DNA of 64,000 nucleotides. Origin: Patescibacteria group bacterium (lineage in GTDB: Bacteria; Patescibacteriota; Patescibacteriia; PEXW01). Shown in pieces: positions 1-8,520 of this stretch (its first letter is position 1; each line of letters begins with the position of its first letter). The notes below the pieces were generated by a model that was not told the origin of the DNA, did not search any database, and saw nothing but the letters and a program-made list of their open reading frames with translations. Both the position numbers and the translations under genes were made by a program. The stretch spans positions 137,978 through 201,977 of the forward strand of contig JBAZBR010000002.1 in the NCBI GenBank assembly GCA_041671325.1, in the 5' to 3' direction.

Positions 1-100
1 CTTCACAACAAACCAAGAAATTTTTCCTGATTTGAGAATGAAGGGAAACCTGGCCAACTTGATGCAAAACACAGAAGTTGAGTAGGTTTCCCAAAGGTAA

Positions 101-976
101 TCATATAAGATGGCGCTTGACCATCTCCACGACCGCGTCAGGCGAAAGGCTGGAGCCTATACCTTGAGGCGATCCAATTCTGGTGGAACTGCCGCCCCAA
201 TCAGGTTCATGGGCTTGCAGTTGCATAACCAATGTATCCATGCTTATGAACCCTTTGTGGTATTGGCAAATTGAAAATTTGCTTTTACCATTCGGGCCAA
301 TGGGATAGTGCACCACTACGACGGGTGCTAAATAATAAGCCAATGAAACCAGGCCTGGGTTGTCGCCAATAGCTGTGGCGATTTTGCCATTAGCCATGGT
401 TCTAAGCGGCAATTTTCCATCCCTAATGTCACGCAACATTATGTAGCTTGCCCAATAGACTTTATCACGGTAATCCGGCGGCTCTTCGGCAGTTTCAAGC
501 CAGGCTTGCATGTGTATTACCCGTTGATCAACCGAAAGGTGGTTATTATTGCAAACCGCTGACATAACCGTAAATGGGCTAGGTTCTGGATTGTTTTCAG
601 GCAATGACCGGGGACCCGGCCATTGTCCGACTTCAAACCTGTCCCTTTTGGCAACGTAAGTGACACGCGACAGGATCCCATTTTTCATTTTGGTTCCGGT
701 GGCGCGCATTTTCAACACAGCCATGGCGCCAAAAGCATCGCAGTCTGGTCGGATAGTAACCAGGATTGTGCCATCGGGCGGCAAAGGAAATTCCAGAGCG
801 GCTTCAATGGCCGCTAGGTCAATATTCTGGCCAGTGTGCTGGGGGTCGATATTCCCCAGGCCGCAGTGTCTAGCCAGCCAAGGGACTGTCACTTCAATAC
901 CCAAAGTCTTTAGACCCAGGAGGCCCTGGTTTCGATTTTCACCGGGCCGGGGATCAAGCAGGGCAAAACGATACAT
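101..976 (-). CDS. Hypothetical protein, possibly a distant DHH-superfamily phosphoesterase
   Basis: 291-aa ORF with RBS AAAGGAG; motifs NIDPQH, RPDCDAFGA and WGGS resemble DHH/DHHA1 motifs (inference). Confidence 0.6.
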   Translation of the reverse strand: MYRFALLDPRPGENRNQGLLGLKTLGIEVTVPWLARHCGLGNIDPQHTGQNIDLAAIEAALEFPLPPDGTILVTIRPDCDAFGAMAVLKMRATGTKMKNGILSRVTYVAKRDRFEVGQWPGPRSLPENNPEPSPFTVMSAVCNNNHLSVDQRVIHMQAWLETAEEPPDYRDKVYWASYIMLRDIRDGKLPLRTMANGKIATAIGDNPGLVSLAYYLAPVVVVHYPIGPNGKSKFSICQYHKGFISMDTLVMQLQAHEPDWGGSSTRIGSPQGIGSSLSPDAVVEMVKRHLI

Positions 977-1102
977 TTATTCTCCTTTCCGGTGTGCCGG
1001 GGTTTTGGTTTTTATTTCACTTTTGAACCGGCAATAAAATTACAGGCTCGAAAGTGAAAGGGAAGCCAGCTTATTGATGCTGGCTTCCCTGTTCTGAAAT
1101 TG

Positions 1103-1828
1103 CTAAGCGGCGGCTGTTGCAGTCGCTTCGGTCGCCGGGGCTTGGTATGTTACATTCGCCGAAACCGTTTTTTCGTCGGCCCTGGATCGGTAAATGCCGT
1201 GGCCGCCGCGAGGCCACTCATCGGCAAAGCCGATGAATTTCACATTGTTGACGACGTGCCCTTTTTCTTCCAGGTACGGGCCCGTCACCGTAACCGTTCC
1301 GATCACTTCCACTTTGGGACGATCTTCCGACTTGCGATGGACGGTCTTGCGATACTGGTTGCCCAGTACCACGAAATCGAATTCAATCCCGCCGATCCGG
1401 AGTTTTCCTTTCTCGGCACAAACACCGTTTTTCAGTAGGTAGGACTCCACCATCTTCGTCCAGGTTGCCCTGGATTTCTTTTTGGCGGCTTCGGCTTCAG
1501 CCTTTTCCTTCCGGCAATACGACGGCCAGAATGGGGTGAATTCCTCGGAAAAGCCGAAGGGAAGACCATACCTCCCATTGCGGTTTCCCGGATGGGTCTT
1601 TTTCCACTGCTCCAACGCGCAGTAGATGCAGATGGCTTTGCCGTCGGAACCGGCCCAGAAGGCCGAGGTTTTTGTCACAACGCCAGATTCGTCGAAAACC
1701 GCCTGGGAGTTTTCAAATTCCCAATGGATTGCTCCATTGGCTTCGGAGGTGAAAGGCTTGCCTTTCTTCTCCGCCATGAAGCAGTGCTCCCCATTGGCAC
1801 AGATGATCTTGGTTCTTTCGGTGAACAT
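1103..1828 (-). CDS. Hypothetical protein (241 aa)
   Basis: Start moved to the ATG at 1828, behind RBS AAGGAGG; Cys motifs CANGEHC and CIYC. Confidence 0.7.
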   Translation of the reverse strand: MFTERTKIICANGEHCFMAEKKGKPFTSEANGAIHWEFENSQAVFDESGVVTKTSAFWAGSDGKAICIYCALEQWKKTHPGNRNGRYGLPFGFSEEFTPFWPSYCRKEKAEAEAAKKKSRATWTKMVESYLLKNGVCAEKGKLRIGGIEFDFVVLGNQYRKTVHRKSEDRPKVEVIGTVTVTGPYLEEKGHVVNNVKFIGFADEWPRGGHGIYRSRADEKTVSANVTYQAPATEATATAAA

Positions 1829-1999
1829 AAGTTCCTCCTTGTTTTTGCCAAATTTTTTGGCATTTTGTGTTTGGTTTATTTCTGGTTTTCTGTTTTTTCT
1901 CTTTTTAACCAACCATTTTTTTTAATGCTTGGTTAAAAAAAGAAGAGGAGCAACGACTTGAACGTTTACTCCTTTCTTCAAGGTACGCTCACTCTGATT

Positions 2000-2353
2000 T
2001 TAGTCATTCACGATAGCCACGAAGATTATATCCTCGCGCCAGCCGTGTTCAGGTTCGGCGTTGGGGGTTTGCCATTCAGATCCTTTTTCATCCACAATCA
2101 GCGCATTGGCGTGAAGCACGCCAATTTCGACTGGCGATCCGAGGGCAACCACCACTCCGCTTGAAACGGTCTCCTTGAAAACTCCAAGTTGGCTCAGTTT
2201 AACCAACTCGGAAAATTTCATTGGCCGCATGTGCCTTTTCCACATATCCATTATCACCTCGGTAGTGGACATGTATTGATTATAGGTGATAAAGACGATC
2301 GACTGGGCAATTTCGCCCAGCATCACGTTTTCAAACATTTTCAACGTAATCAT
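2000..2353 (-). CDS. Hypothetical protein (117 aa)
   Basis: ATG at 2353 follows AAGGGAG; upstream ORF extension runs through the hairpin spacer. Confidence 0.6.
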   Translation of the reverse strand: MITLKMFENVMLGEIAQSIVFITYNQYMSTTEVIMDMWKRHMRPMKFSELVKLSQLGVFKETVSSGVVVALGSPVEIGVLHANALIVDEKGSEWQTPNAEPEHGWREDIIFVAIVND

Positions 2354-2472
2354 CGCATCTCCCTTTTCTGTTTGTTGTTTTTTCTTCTTCCAAACCATAA
2401 TTTTCATTCTGAATTGGAAGAAGAAGAGGAGCGAATCAGGTGATCCGCTTCAATTCCTAAAGGTGCAGGCGA

Positions 2473-3054
2473 CTAGATATTCACATTGACGTTCAAACGA
2501 ACGTCATAACCCCGGTCGCCCAAATACCAACCGAGTTGGAATTTATCATATCCGATTCGGGCGCCAAACTGGGCGCTGGTCTTGCCGATCCGACAGGCTT
2601 CAACCTGCGGACCGAACCAGAAAGCCTTGTCTCCTTTGTCGGTATGAATGGTGTAGTTGATGTCCACACCCGACCAGAAATACTGCTCCGAGTGGGTGTT
2701 GAACATATTATCAACCTCCGTTGACCAGATACACCGACCGAAAGGCACGTCAGTCATGAAACCGACGAAAAAGGGATCTTTCCCTGCCCAGTTCATGGCA
2801 ATGCCACCGTCCAGAGTCAAAATCCCCTTATTGGCGCCGGCATAGCAGAACAGTTGGTTGAATCCTTTCATCGGAACACTGAAGACGCTTGCCTTCAATA
2901 AGCTGTTCCATCCACTGCCAAAGTCCAGTGGCTGGAGTTTGAAGTTGACCAGAAGCTGGCCACCTTGATTGGTGGACCAGCTCGGGGTCTGGGCGAAGGT
3001 GGTGCCGACAAAAGCCAGCACGACAACAACGGTAATCATCATTGACTTAAACAT
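2473..3054 (-). CDS. Secreted beta-strand-rich protein
   Basis: Signal peptide ending TFA, RBS AAGGAG, alternating hydrophobic strands to the C-terminus. Confidence 0.7.
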   Translation of the reverse strand: MFKSMMITVVVVLAFVGTTFAQTPSWSTNQGGQLLVNFKLQPLDFGSGWNSLLKASVFSVPMKGFNQLFCYAGANKGILTLDGGIAMNWAGKDPFFVGFMTDVPFGRCIWSTEVDNMFNTHSEQYFWSGVDINYTIHTDKGDKAFWFGPQVEACRIGKTSAQFGARIGYDKFQLGWYLGDRGYDVRLNVNVNI

Positions 3055-3197
3055 TTGGTTCTCCTTGCCACTTCTTGTGGCGGTTGGATTATGATTTAGT
3101 TTTTTATTTCTTTTTTCACTCTTAAGCCTGCGAAAGGTTCACAGATTTAAGAGTGAAGAGGAGCGGATCGAATTAAACGACCCGCTCCCGTGATACT

Positions 3198-3404
3198 TTA
3201 ACGCACGGCCATAACCCGGTATACCAAACGGCGGCAACCGATCGTGCCTTCGAGGGTAATGAGGGTTGCCGCACAAATGAACAGGACACCAGTAGCCAAC
3301 ATGCGCCAAGCGATCGTAGCCTCAGCCTGATTGCTTACTAAGACGAGTAGGCCACCGGTAATCGCCATGAGCGTCGCAGCAACTACATAAAACCATTGTT
3401 TCAT
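3198..3404 (-). CDS. Small 2-TM membrane protein
   Basis: RBS GGAGG; two hydrophobic helices. Confidence 0.65.
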   Translation of the reverse strand: MKQWFYVVAATLMAITGGLLVLVSNQAEATIAWRMLATGVLFICAATLITLEGTIGCRRLVYRVMAVR

Positions 3405-3559
3405 ATATCCTCCACAGTGTTTATTTTCTTCTTTCAGGCCACAATCTTGTTAATTTTGGACTAGGAGAAGTGCAGGAGGTTTTGGGGTAAGGTACTCCTG
3501 CGGAGGAACCTTCTGCTGTTTTTCAAGCACTGAGGTTTTTCTAAAAAACGTAATTTTGC

Positions 3560-3622
3560 TGTGCGGATGAGGGATCGAACCTCAACACCCCCTTTATTGG
3601 GGGGCAGCAACCATGCCCGCAC
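3560..3622 (-). ncRNA. tRNA-like element lacking a D-stem
   Basis: Acceptor GTGCGGG/TCCGCAC, stem CCCCC-CAATAAA-GGGGG, T-arm TGAGG-TTCGATC-CCTCA; only 11 nt between acceptor and anticodon-like stem. Confidence 0.6.
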
Positions 3623-3717
3623 ATGCTTTTTGGTTTTATTCCCCTTCTTTAATCAACAAGGTTTAATGATTGTCGATTAAAGAAGAGCGGGGAGACAGGG
3701 TCTCCCCGAAAAAGAAT

Positions 3718-3867
3718 TTAGTTCGTGGCTAGTGACTTAGTCACGTGGTTTGGCCAATTCATGCCAAACCGATGCCGAGCCACGCGTCTGGCATCGGGTT
3801 CTCTGTCGAATGGTTTTTCGACCCCATCGACTATCCACACGTTATGAGCAAAATTCGCGAGTTTCAT
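3718..3867 (-). CDS. Small hypothetical protein (49 aa)
   Basis: ATG after GGGGGA; fills one slot between two double-hairpin spacers. Confidence 0.5.
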   Translation of the reverse strand: MKLANFAHNVWIVDGVEKPFDREPDARRVARHRFGMNWPNHVTKSLATN

Positions 3868-4008
3868 ATCATCCCCCAAGGGTTTATGGTTTATTTTAAT
3901 TTTCCACATTTCACAGGACAAATTGCTTTATCCAGTAAAATGTGGGGAAGGGCGAGTTTTGAAGTCGTCCTTCCAGAAAGCGCTTTTGCGAGGTTTTTCT
4001 AAAATAGG

Positions 4009-4203
4009 TCAGCCCCGCAGCCTGTTTATCTGGTTATTCAGGCCAAACCAGACGGGGGTAAGTACGTTTTCAAATATTGCACATGCTAACACGAAAACTA
4101 TGCCCCCGATCATGTAAATGCATGCGATACAAGCCACGAGAATAAATACATACATCGTGGCAAGCGAAATCATGTTCCATATGTTGATAATCATCGTTTC
4201 CAT
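4009..4203 (-). CDS. Small membrane protein (64 aa)
   Basis: RBS AGGGAG; hydrophobic. Confidence 0.55.
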   Translation of the reverse strand: METMIINIWNMISLATMYVFILVACIACIYMIGGIVFVLACAIFENVLTPVWFGLNNQINRLRG

Positions 4204-4255
4204 TTTTACTCCCTGCCTATTCACGCTTTTGCGGAATAGGACTTTGTTTTATTAT

Positions 4256-4488
4256 TTTTCCCACTGATCTGGAGGTGAGAAGTTTTTTGCATGAAAGCTT
4301 TGGACCGAAGTCCGCTTTCAAATGGAAGTTAAGTAAATCTTCGATGAGTTCAACCCCGATACCAGAATCGCTTGCGCAATTCGGTACGGGGCAGGCCCAT
4401 CTTGATTCCTTATGACTTCCGCTTCTCCTTAAACCCTAGAGACGTTTTAAGATCTTTAGAATTTAGCCCCTCCATATCAGTAAGAAAA
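4256..4488 (-). ncRNA. Structured RNA motif, copy 1 of 3
   Basis: Closing stem TTTTCTTACTGATATGGAGG/CCTCCAGATCAGTGGGAAAA; hairpin TGAAAGC-GGAC-TTCG-GTCC-AAA-GCTTTCA. Confidence 0.55.
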
Positions 4489-4596
4489 TTCTCGTCTCGA
4501 ACGACGATCTCACTTATGTCATCGTTCGGGACGAAAGCAGAGTTTAAGAAAATGTGAAATTTTCAGGGTACTCTGCAAACCTTAGCTTGTTTGGTG

Positions 4597-4872
4597 CTAA
4601 TGCGTCATCGGTTTGGCTAACCCCCAGCCAAACCCAAAGAAGATACTGAGAACAATGAAGTAGCCAACGATGTATTGCATGGCTAATGCCATCATTTTCT
4701 CAGCGGGTACTCCTGTAACCGCAATCAATGAGAACATCCCTGTGAAACCCAGTGAAAACCCACAAGCTTCTTTGAATCTGTTGAATTGGCGTATGCCTGA
4801 TATGCCCAGGACCACTCCAAAGATCATTTGGGCAAAGAAAACCACGGCTAAAGTGGTCATATAAAACGACAT
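4597..4872 (-). CDS. Small 3-TM membrane protein
   Basis: 91-aa hydrophobic ORF after AGGGGTG. Confidence 0.6.
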   Translation of the reverse strand: MSFYMTTLAVVFFAQMIFGVVLGISGIRQFNRFKEACGFSLGFTGMFSLIAVTGVPAEKMMALAMQYIVGYFIVLSIFFGFGWGLAKPMTH

Positions 4873-5002
4873 GTTACACCCCTATACTTTAAAGTTATTT
4901 CTTTCTCATCTCGAGTAACCTTTTGATAAAGATTAATCGGGACGAAAGCAGAGTTTAAGAAAATGTGAAATTTTCAGGTACTCTGCGAAACCTTATTGTC
5001 GT

Positions 5003-5206
5003 TTATCTGGCGTATGCACCGACTACCGCACTAATTACCAGAACCACGATGGATAGGCCAAGTCTTATCCATCTCTCTTTTTTATTGCCCTCAATCGCAA
5101 CCACGATTGAGATGCAGGCCATGAGGGAAGCCATGCTAAGGCCTTCCATGTAGTGGCCGACCAGAAAGCCACTAATAAACAAAGCCACCATTGATATGAT
5201 TTTCAT
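5003..5206 (-). CDS. Small membrane protein
   Basis: RBS AAGGAGG; 67 aa, hydrophobic. Confidence 0.65.
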   Translation of the reverse strand: MKIISMVALFISGFLVGHYMEGLSMASLMACISIVVAIEGNKKERWIRLGLSIVVLVISAVVGAYAR

Positions 5207-5229
5207 TTCAATCCTCCTTCAGTTTTTTC

Positions 5230-5368
5230 CTTTTATCAATCTGGAGGTGAGACTTTTAAAGCGCTTTAGGCCGAAGCCCGCGCTTGAGCGAAAGTTAAGT
5301 ATCTTTGCAGGGAAGCTCCCTGCGCGATACCGCTCTTTCGGTATATTCGCCTCCAAGTTGATAAAAAG
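5230..5368 (-). ncRNA. Structured RNA motif, copy 2 of 3
   Basis: Closing stem TTTTATCAACTTGGAGG/CCTCCAGATTGATAAAA; hairpin AAGCGC-GGGC-TTCG-GCCT-AAA-GCGCTT. Confidence 0.55.
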
Positions 5369-5393
5369 AATTGTCAAAGGTCTTATGCGTTTT

Positions 5394-5538
5394 GTATCCA
5401 CAGATTTGGAGAGTCTTTGGTGCTAAAGCTTATGGCCGAAGCCCTGCCTTAGCCAGTTGGTCCAATTATCTTTGGCGAGTAAACCCGCCGCGATACTGTT
5501 GCCAACCTTATTGCCCTCCCCTCCAAATCACTAGATAT
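5394..5538 (-). ncRNA. Structured RNA motif, copy 3 of 3
   Basis: Closing stem GATTTGGAGGG/CTCTCCAAATC; hairpin GCTAAGGC..GGC-TTCG-GCC-ATAA-GCTTTAGC. Confidence 0.55.
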
Positions 5539-5773
5539 AAATTCACCAAACCAATCTTGGAAAAAACAATTTATTCTCCGTAGCTTACTATCCTCCTTTC
5601 TTGCCTGGTCCCTAGCTTTACTAGCGGATTGCGTAGGAGAATAAAAAACGAGGTCCTCTGTTGAGAGAGCACCTTTATTGGATACCAAATAAATTGGCTT
5701 TTTCACTTGTCTGCTCTCTCTTTCAAACAAGTGACAAAACATGTAATTTATTAGTTTTTCAACCTAACAAAGC

Positions 5774-5802
5774 AGTATATATCAAGCAGGGAATACTGTC
5801 AA
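5774..5802 (-). promoter_or_regulatory. sigma70 promoter heading the 1-5.8 kb unit
   Basis: TTGACA-17 nt-TATACT. Confidence 0.8.
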
Positions 5803-6106
5803 GACCAAGAATGGCTTAGATTAGCCAAAATGGCTAAGGTTAGCCAAAAAATACCCCCTCGGCCTTGGGCCACTCCCCCTTGGCAAGGGGGAGAAATCTT
5901 GCTTAAAATATGAAAGATTGCTTCGGTCGTTCCACTTCTGCGGGGCTCCCTCGCAAAGGCAGATAAAAAAAGTTTGGCCTTGTTAAATCCTACTTGAAAT
6001 AAAAATGGTCTTGAACTAAGTTAATCTTAGAAATCAAACCTTAAGTGTTCTTTTTACATTTTAAAGGTTGAGAAAACCACTAAAGCCATAATAACTGGAG
6101 GATGGT

Positions 6107-6955
6107 ATGAAATTCGTGAAGTGTTTAGCGTTTGTCGCGAGCCTTGCATTCTTAGGACTTGCTTGTTCCGAGAAAGTAATTGATCCACAGCCTATTGATT
6201 GCGATTTAGCCTGCCAGATTGCCAAGTCGCCTTTCCCAAACGCGGAGGCTGAAAACGTGGCAAGATATCTGGATGGGTGGTTGGTCGCTTCGGAAATAAC
6301 TTACAAAAAATGTTCAATGGCATTAACCCAGTGGCGGAGACAGTACACGCCAACCGATACTGCCTGGTGCGTCGATATCTCCGAAGGCGGCGGTAACCAT
6401 TATTATCTTAATCCAACCTCAGTGAAGTTTTTTGATCCAGGCACGCCAGGTAGGTTCGAATGGTATTTTTCCGCCGATTCATTCAATCTGGGTTTCCCCA
6501 ATGACACTGTCTTAACAGCCGGCCAAACGACTAATAATCCCGTTTGGGATTCGCTAAATAGTCTTTATCGACTAGATAGCCTGCGTATCAAACATTACCC
6601 GAAGATGAAAATAGTTTTCATCCGTAACTATTTTCACGGTCGGTTGGATTCCAAAATGCTATGCCAAGCATACGATGTTTTATCTGGGGTTGAAACGTGC
6701 ATATACCAGCCGGCAATTATCGGTGGCATAAGTAACCTTTACCCAGGTTTGGATTCGAATGGCCTGAAAATCTTAGTGATTATCGGCTGGGGAGATTGCC
6801 CGTCTGGATGCATGTACAATGCCTACGTCTATTTTAAACAAAAGTCTGATGGAACCTTTGATTTTCTGGGTAAGTGGATATCAAGTTCTAGCTTGCCTAA
6901 ACCCCCATGGTGGTCAGAAGCTTTTGCTTTAAGAGAGGCTTGGAGTAATTATTAA
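6107..6955 (+). CDS. Putative lipoprotein
   Basis: RBS GGAGG, lipobox-like GLAC, C-terminal GWGDCPSGC. Confidence 0.75.
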   Translation: MKFVKCLAFVASLAFLGLACSEKVIDPQPIDCDLACQIAKSPFPNAEAENVARYLDGWLVASEITYKKCSMALTQWRRQYTPTDTAWCVDISEGGGNHYYLNPTSVKFFDPGTPGRFEWYFSADSFNLGFPNDTVLTAGQTTNNPVWDSLNSLYRLDSLRIKHYPKMKIVFIRNYFHGRLDSKMLCQAYDVLSGVETCIYQPAIIGGISNLYPGLDSNGLKILVIIGWGDCPSGCMYNAYVYFKQKSDGTFDFLGKWISSSSLPKPPWWSEAFALREAWSNY

Positions 6956-7203
6956 GTTTTTCTATAAAACCGACTTCAAAAAAGGAGCCGGTTTTTTAAA
7001 TTTTAAAAAGGGATCGTGGCGGACCGATCCCTGGAAGCGTTTCTTGTTCATACCCTCTTTTTTGTCGCAAAGAAATATCAATTTTTCAGACAATCCTCCT
7101 TTGAAAGGATTTAGTTCATCACTGGTAGAGTGACAGCCTTTTTGTTTATCCGCCATGTTAAAAAGGCTATCTATGAGTAAGCATAGTCCAATCAAGGCAA
7201 AAA

Positions 7204-7761
7204 TTAAATAGCTTTATTTTTCCGGCTATTCTGCAGACTATAGATACAGCCGCAATAATCCTGCCGATAAAAGTCATTTTGCCGGCTGATAGCCATGGCC
7301 TTTTTAAAGCCGTCACGTTTTTTAAAATCCGCTTCCAGGTATTTTAAGCTATAAAGTTTTGCCAAATGCTTGCCAATTTCGTTAAGTTTCTTGGCATCTT
7401 TATGCGGACTGATGGAAAGGTCAGTGCCGAAAACCTCGAAGGAATGGTTTTTGGCATATTCTGCGGTCTTGGCCAGGCGCATTTCATAGCAAAGCCAACA
7501 GCGCTTGCCTCGTTCTGGTTCTTGTTCAAAACCTTTGATTTTTGCAAACCAAGCGTCTTGGTCAGGTTTTTCCTCTACAAATGGGATTTTATTAATTTGG
7601 CAATATTTCTGGATTTCTAAAAATCGTTTTTCATACTCTTCCAAAGGGTAAATATTTGGATTGTAATAATAGGCAGTCACTTCATAATTATTTTTTAACA
7701 AATCCAAAACATAGGCGCCGCAAGTGGCACAACAGACATGGAGAAGTAATTTGGGTTTCAT
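7204..7761 (-). CDS. queH: Epoxyqueuosine reductase QueH (DUF208)
   Basis: LLHVCCATC, YYNPNI, RCWLCY and YRQDYCGC motifs; start at MKPKLL. Confidence 0.9.
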   Translation of the reverse strand: MKPKLLLHVCCATCGAYVLDLLKNNYEVTAYYYNPNIYPLEEYEKRFLEIQKYCQINKIPFVEEKPDQDAWFAKIKGFEQEPERGKRCWLCYEMRLAKTAEYAKNHSFEVFGTDLSISPHKDAKKLNEIGKHLAKLYSLKYLEADFKKRDGFKKAMAISRQNDFYRQDYCGCIYSLQNSRKNKAI

Positions 7762-7818
7762 GTTTATTAATATAGTGGATATTAATAATAATGACAAAAA
7801 ATTTATATTGAAGTTTAA

Positions 7819-7850
7819 CCACCTCTTGGGCAGGAGGTGGAAGCGGAGGA
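7819..7850 (-). repeat. Orphan copy of the cassette-array repeat
   Basis: Minus strand reads TCCTCCGCTT-CCACCTC-CTGCCCAA-GAGGTGG. Confidence 0.6.
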
Positions 7851-7926
7851 GACTCAAAAGGATTCTCCAATAATGTCGTCTTTGTCGTTATTCATTTCTT
7901 AATTCATATACCCTCAGGGGGAACAA

Positions 7927-8256
7927 TTGACAGTGTACCTGTCCACAATTACCCTTAAGGTATACAAAAATGACCTTTGCAAAGGAGTAACTGTGAGTTG
8001 GAAGCGATTCTTCTTTGTTGCAAGCCTATTTTGGTCGGCATTCTTTTCTTTGGCCCTCATAGGTTCGCAATTAATCTTCGTCGTGTCACCTCTATCGTCT
8101 GGGACACCTCCTTGGTCCGTTGCGATCGGGGTCATGTGTTGGATGGCGCCCCTAAGCGGTGTCACGATTGGAGGAGTTATGACGATCCTCTTTTTCCTCT
8201 TCCCCTTTCTGGAAAAACGGTTAAACAAAACACCTCAGCTAGAGTTACCTCTTTGA
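7927..8256 (+). CDS. Hypothetical membrane protein
   Basis: Two hydrophobic segments; followed by terminator AAAGCTCGCG/CGCGAGCTTT. Confidence 0.5.
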   Translation: MTVYLSTITLKVYKNDLCKGVTVSWKRFFFVASLFWSAFFSLALIGSQLIFVVSPLSSGTPPWSVAIGVMCWMAPLSGVTIGGVMTILFFLFPFLEKRLNKTPQLELPL

Positions 8257-8520
8257 TCTTCTGAAAGCTCGCGAAAGATCGCGAGCTTTTGTTATTGCGA
8301 GGGCCGTACTCGGCCAAAAGAAGTCATGTCTCCACCCCCCCCGCCTGCCTCCCGTCCAACCGCTTCGCGCTCGAAACGGGCGGGCCGCCTAATACTCGGT
8401 AATGGTGGGCAGGAGTATCGTTATGGTTGTAGGTTTTGGTTAAGAATTCCTCAAGGCCACGCCTCTTTACGATACAGAGATCTATGCCTAAACCTTATAG
8501 TCACAACCATTTTTTGAAGT

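Noticed and set aside
4526-4994. Hammerhead ribozyme suggested by GGGACGAAA and GCGAAAC
   Set aside because: No CTGANGA core in the required position; the sequence is explained by the double-hairpin spacer
5238-5445. Tandem glycine riboswitch on the plus strand (TGGAG..GCCGAAG)
   Set aside because: GCCGAAG is the reverse complement of the UUCG hairpin, CTCTCAGG is missing, and the genes are on the minus strand
5449-5742. 97-aa ORF in the leader
   Set aside because: No RBS in a region where real genes have strong ones; it overlaps paired RNA stems
1-5800. Prophage
   Set aside because: The small-gene layout is phage-like, but no integrase, structural or replication gene is visible; this cannot be excluded beyond the left edge
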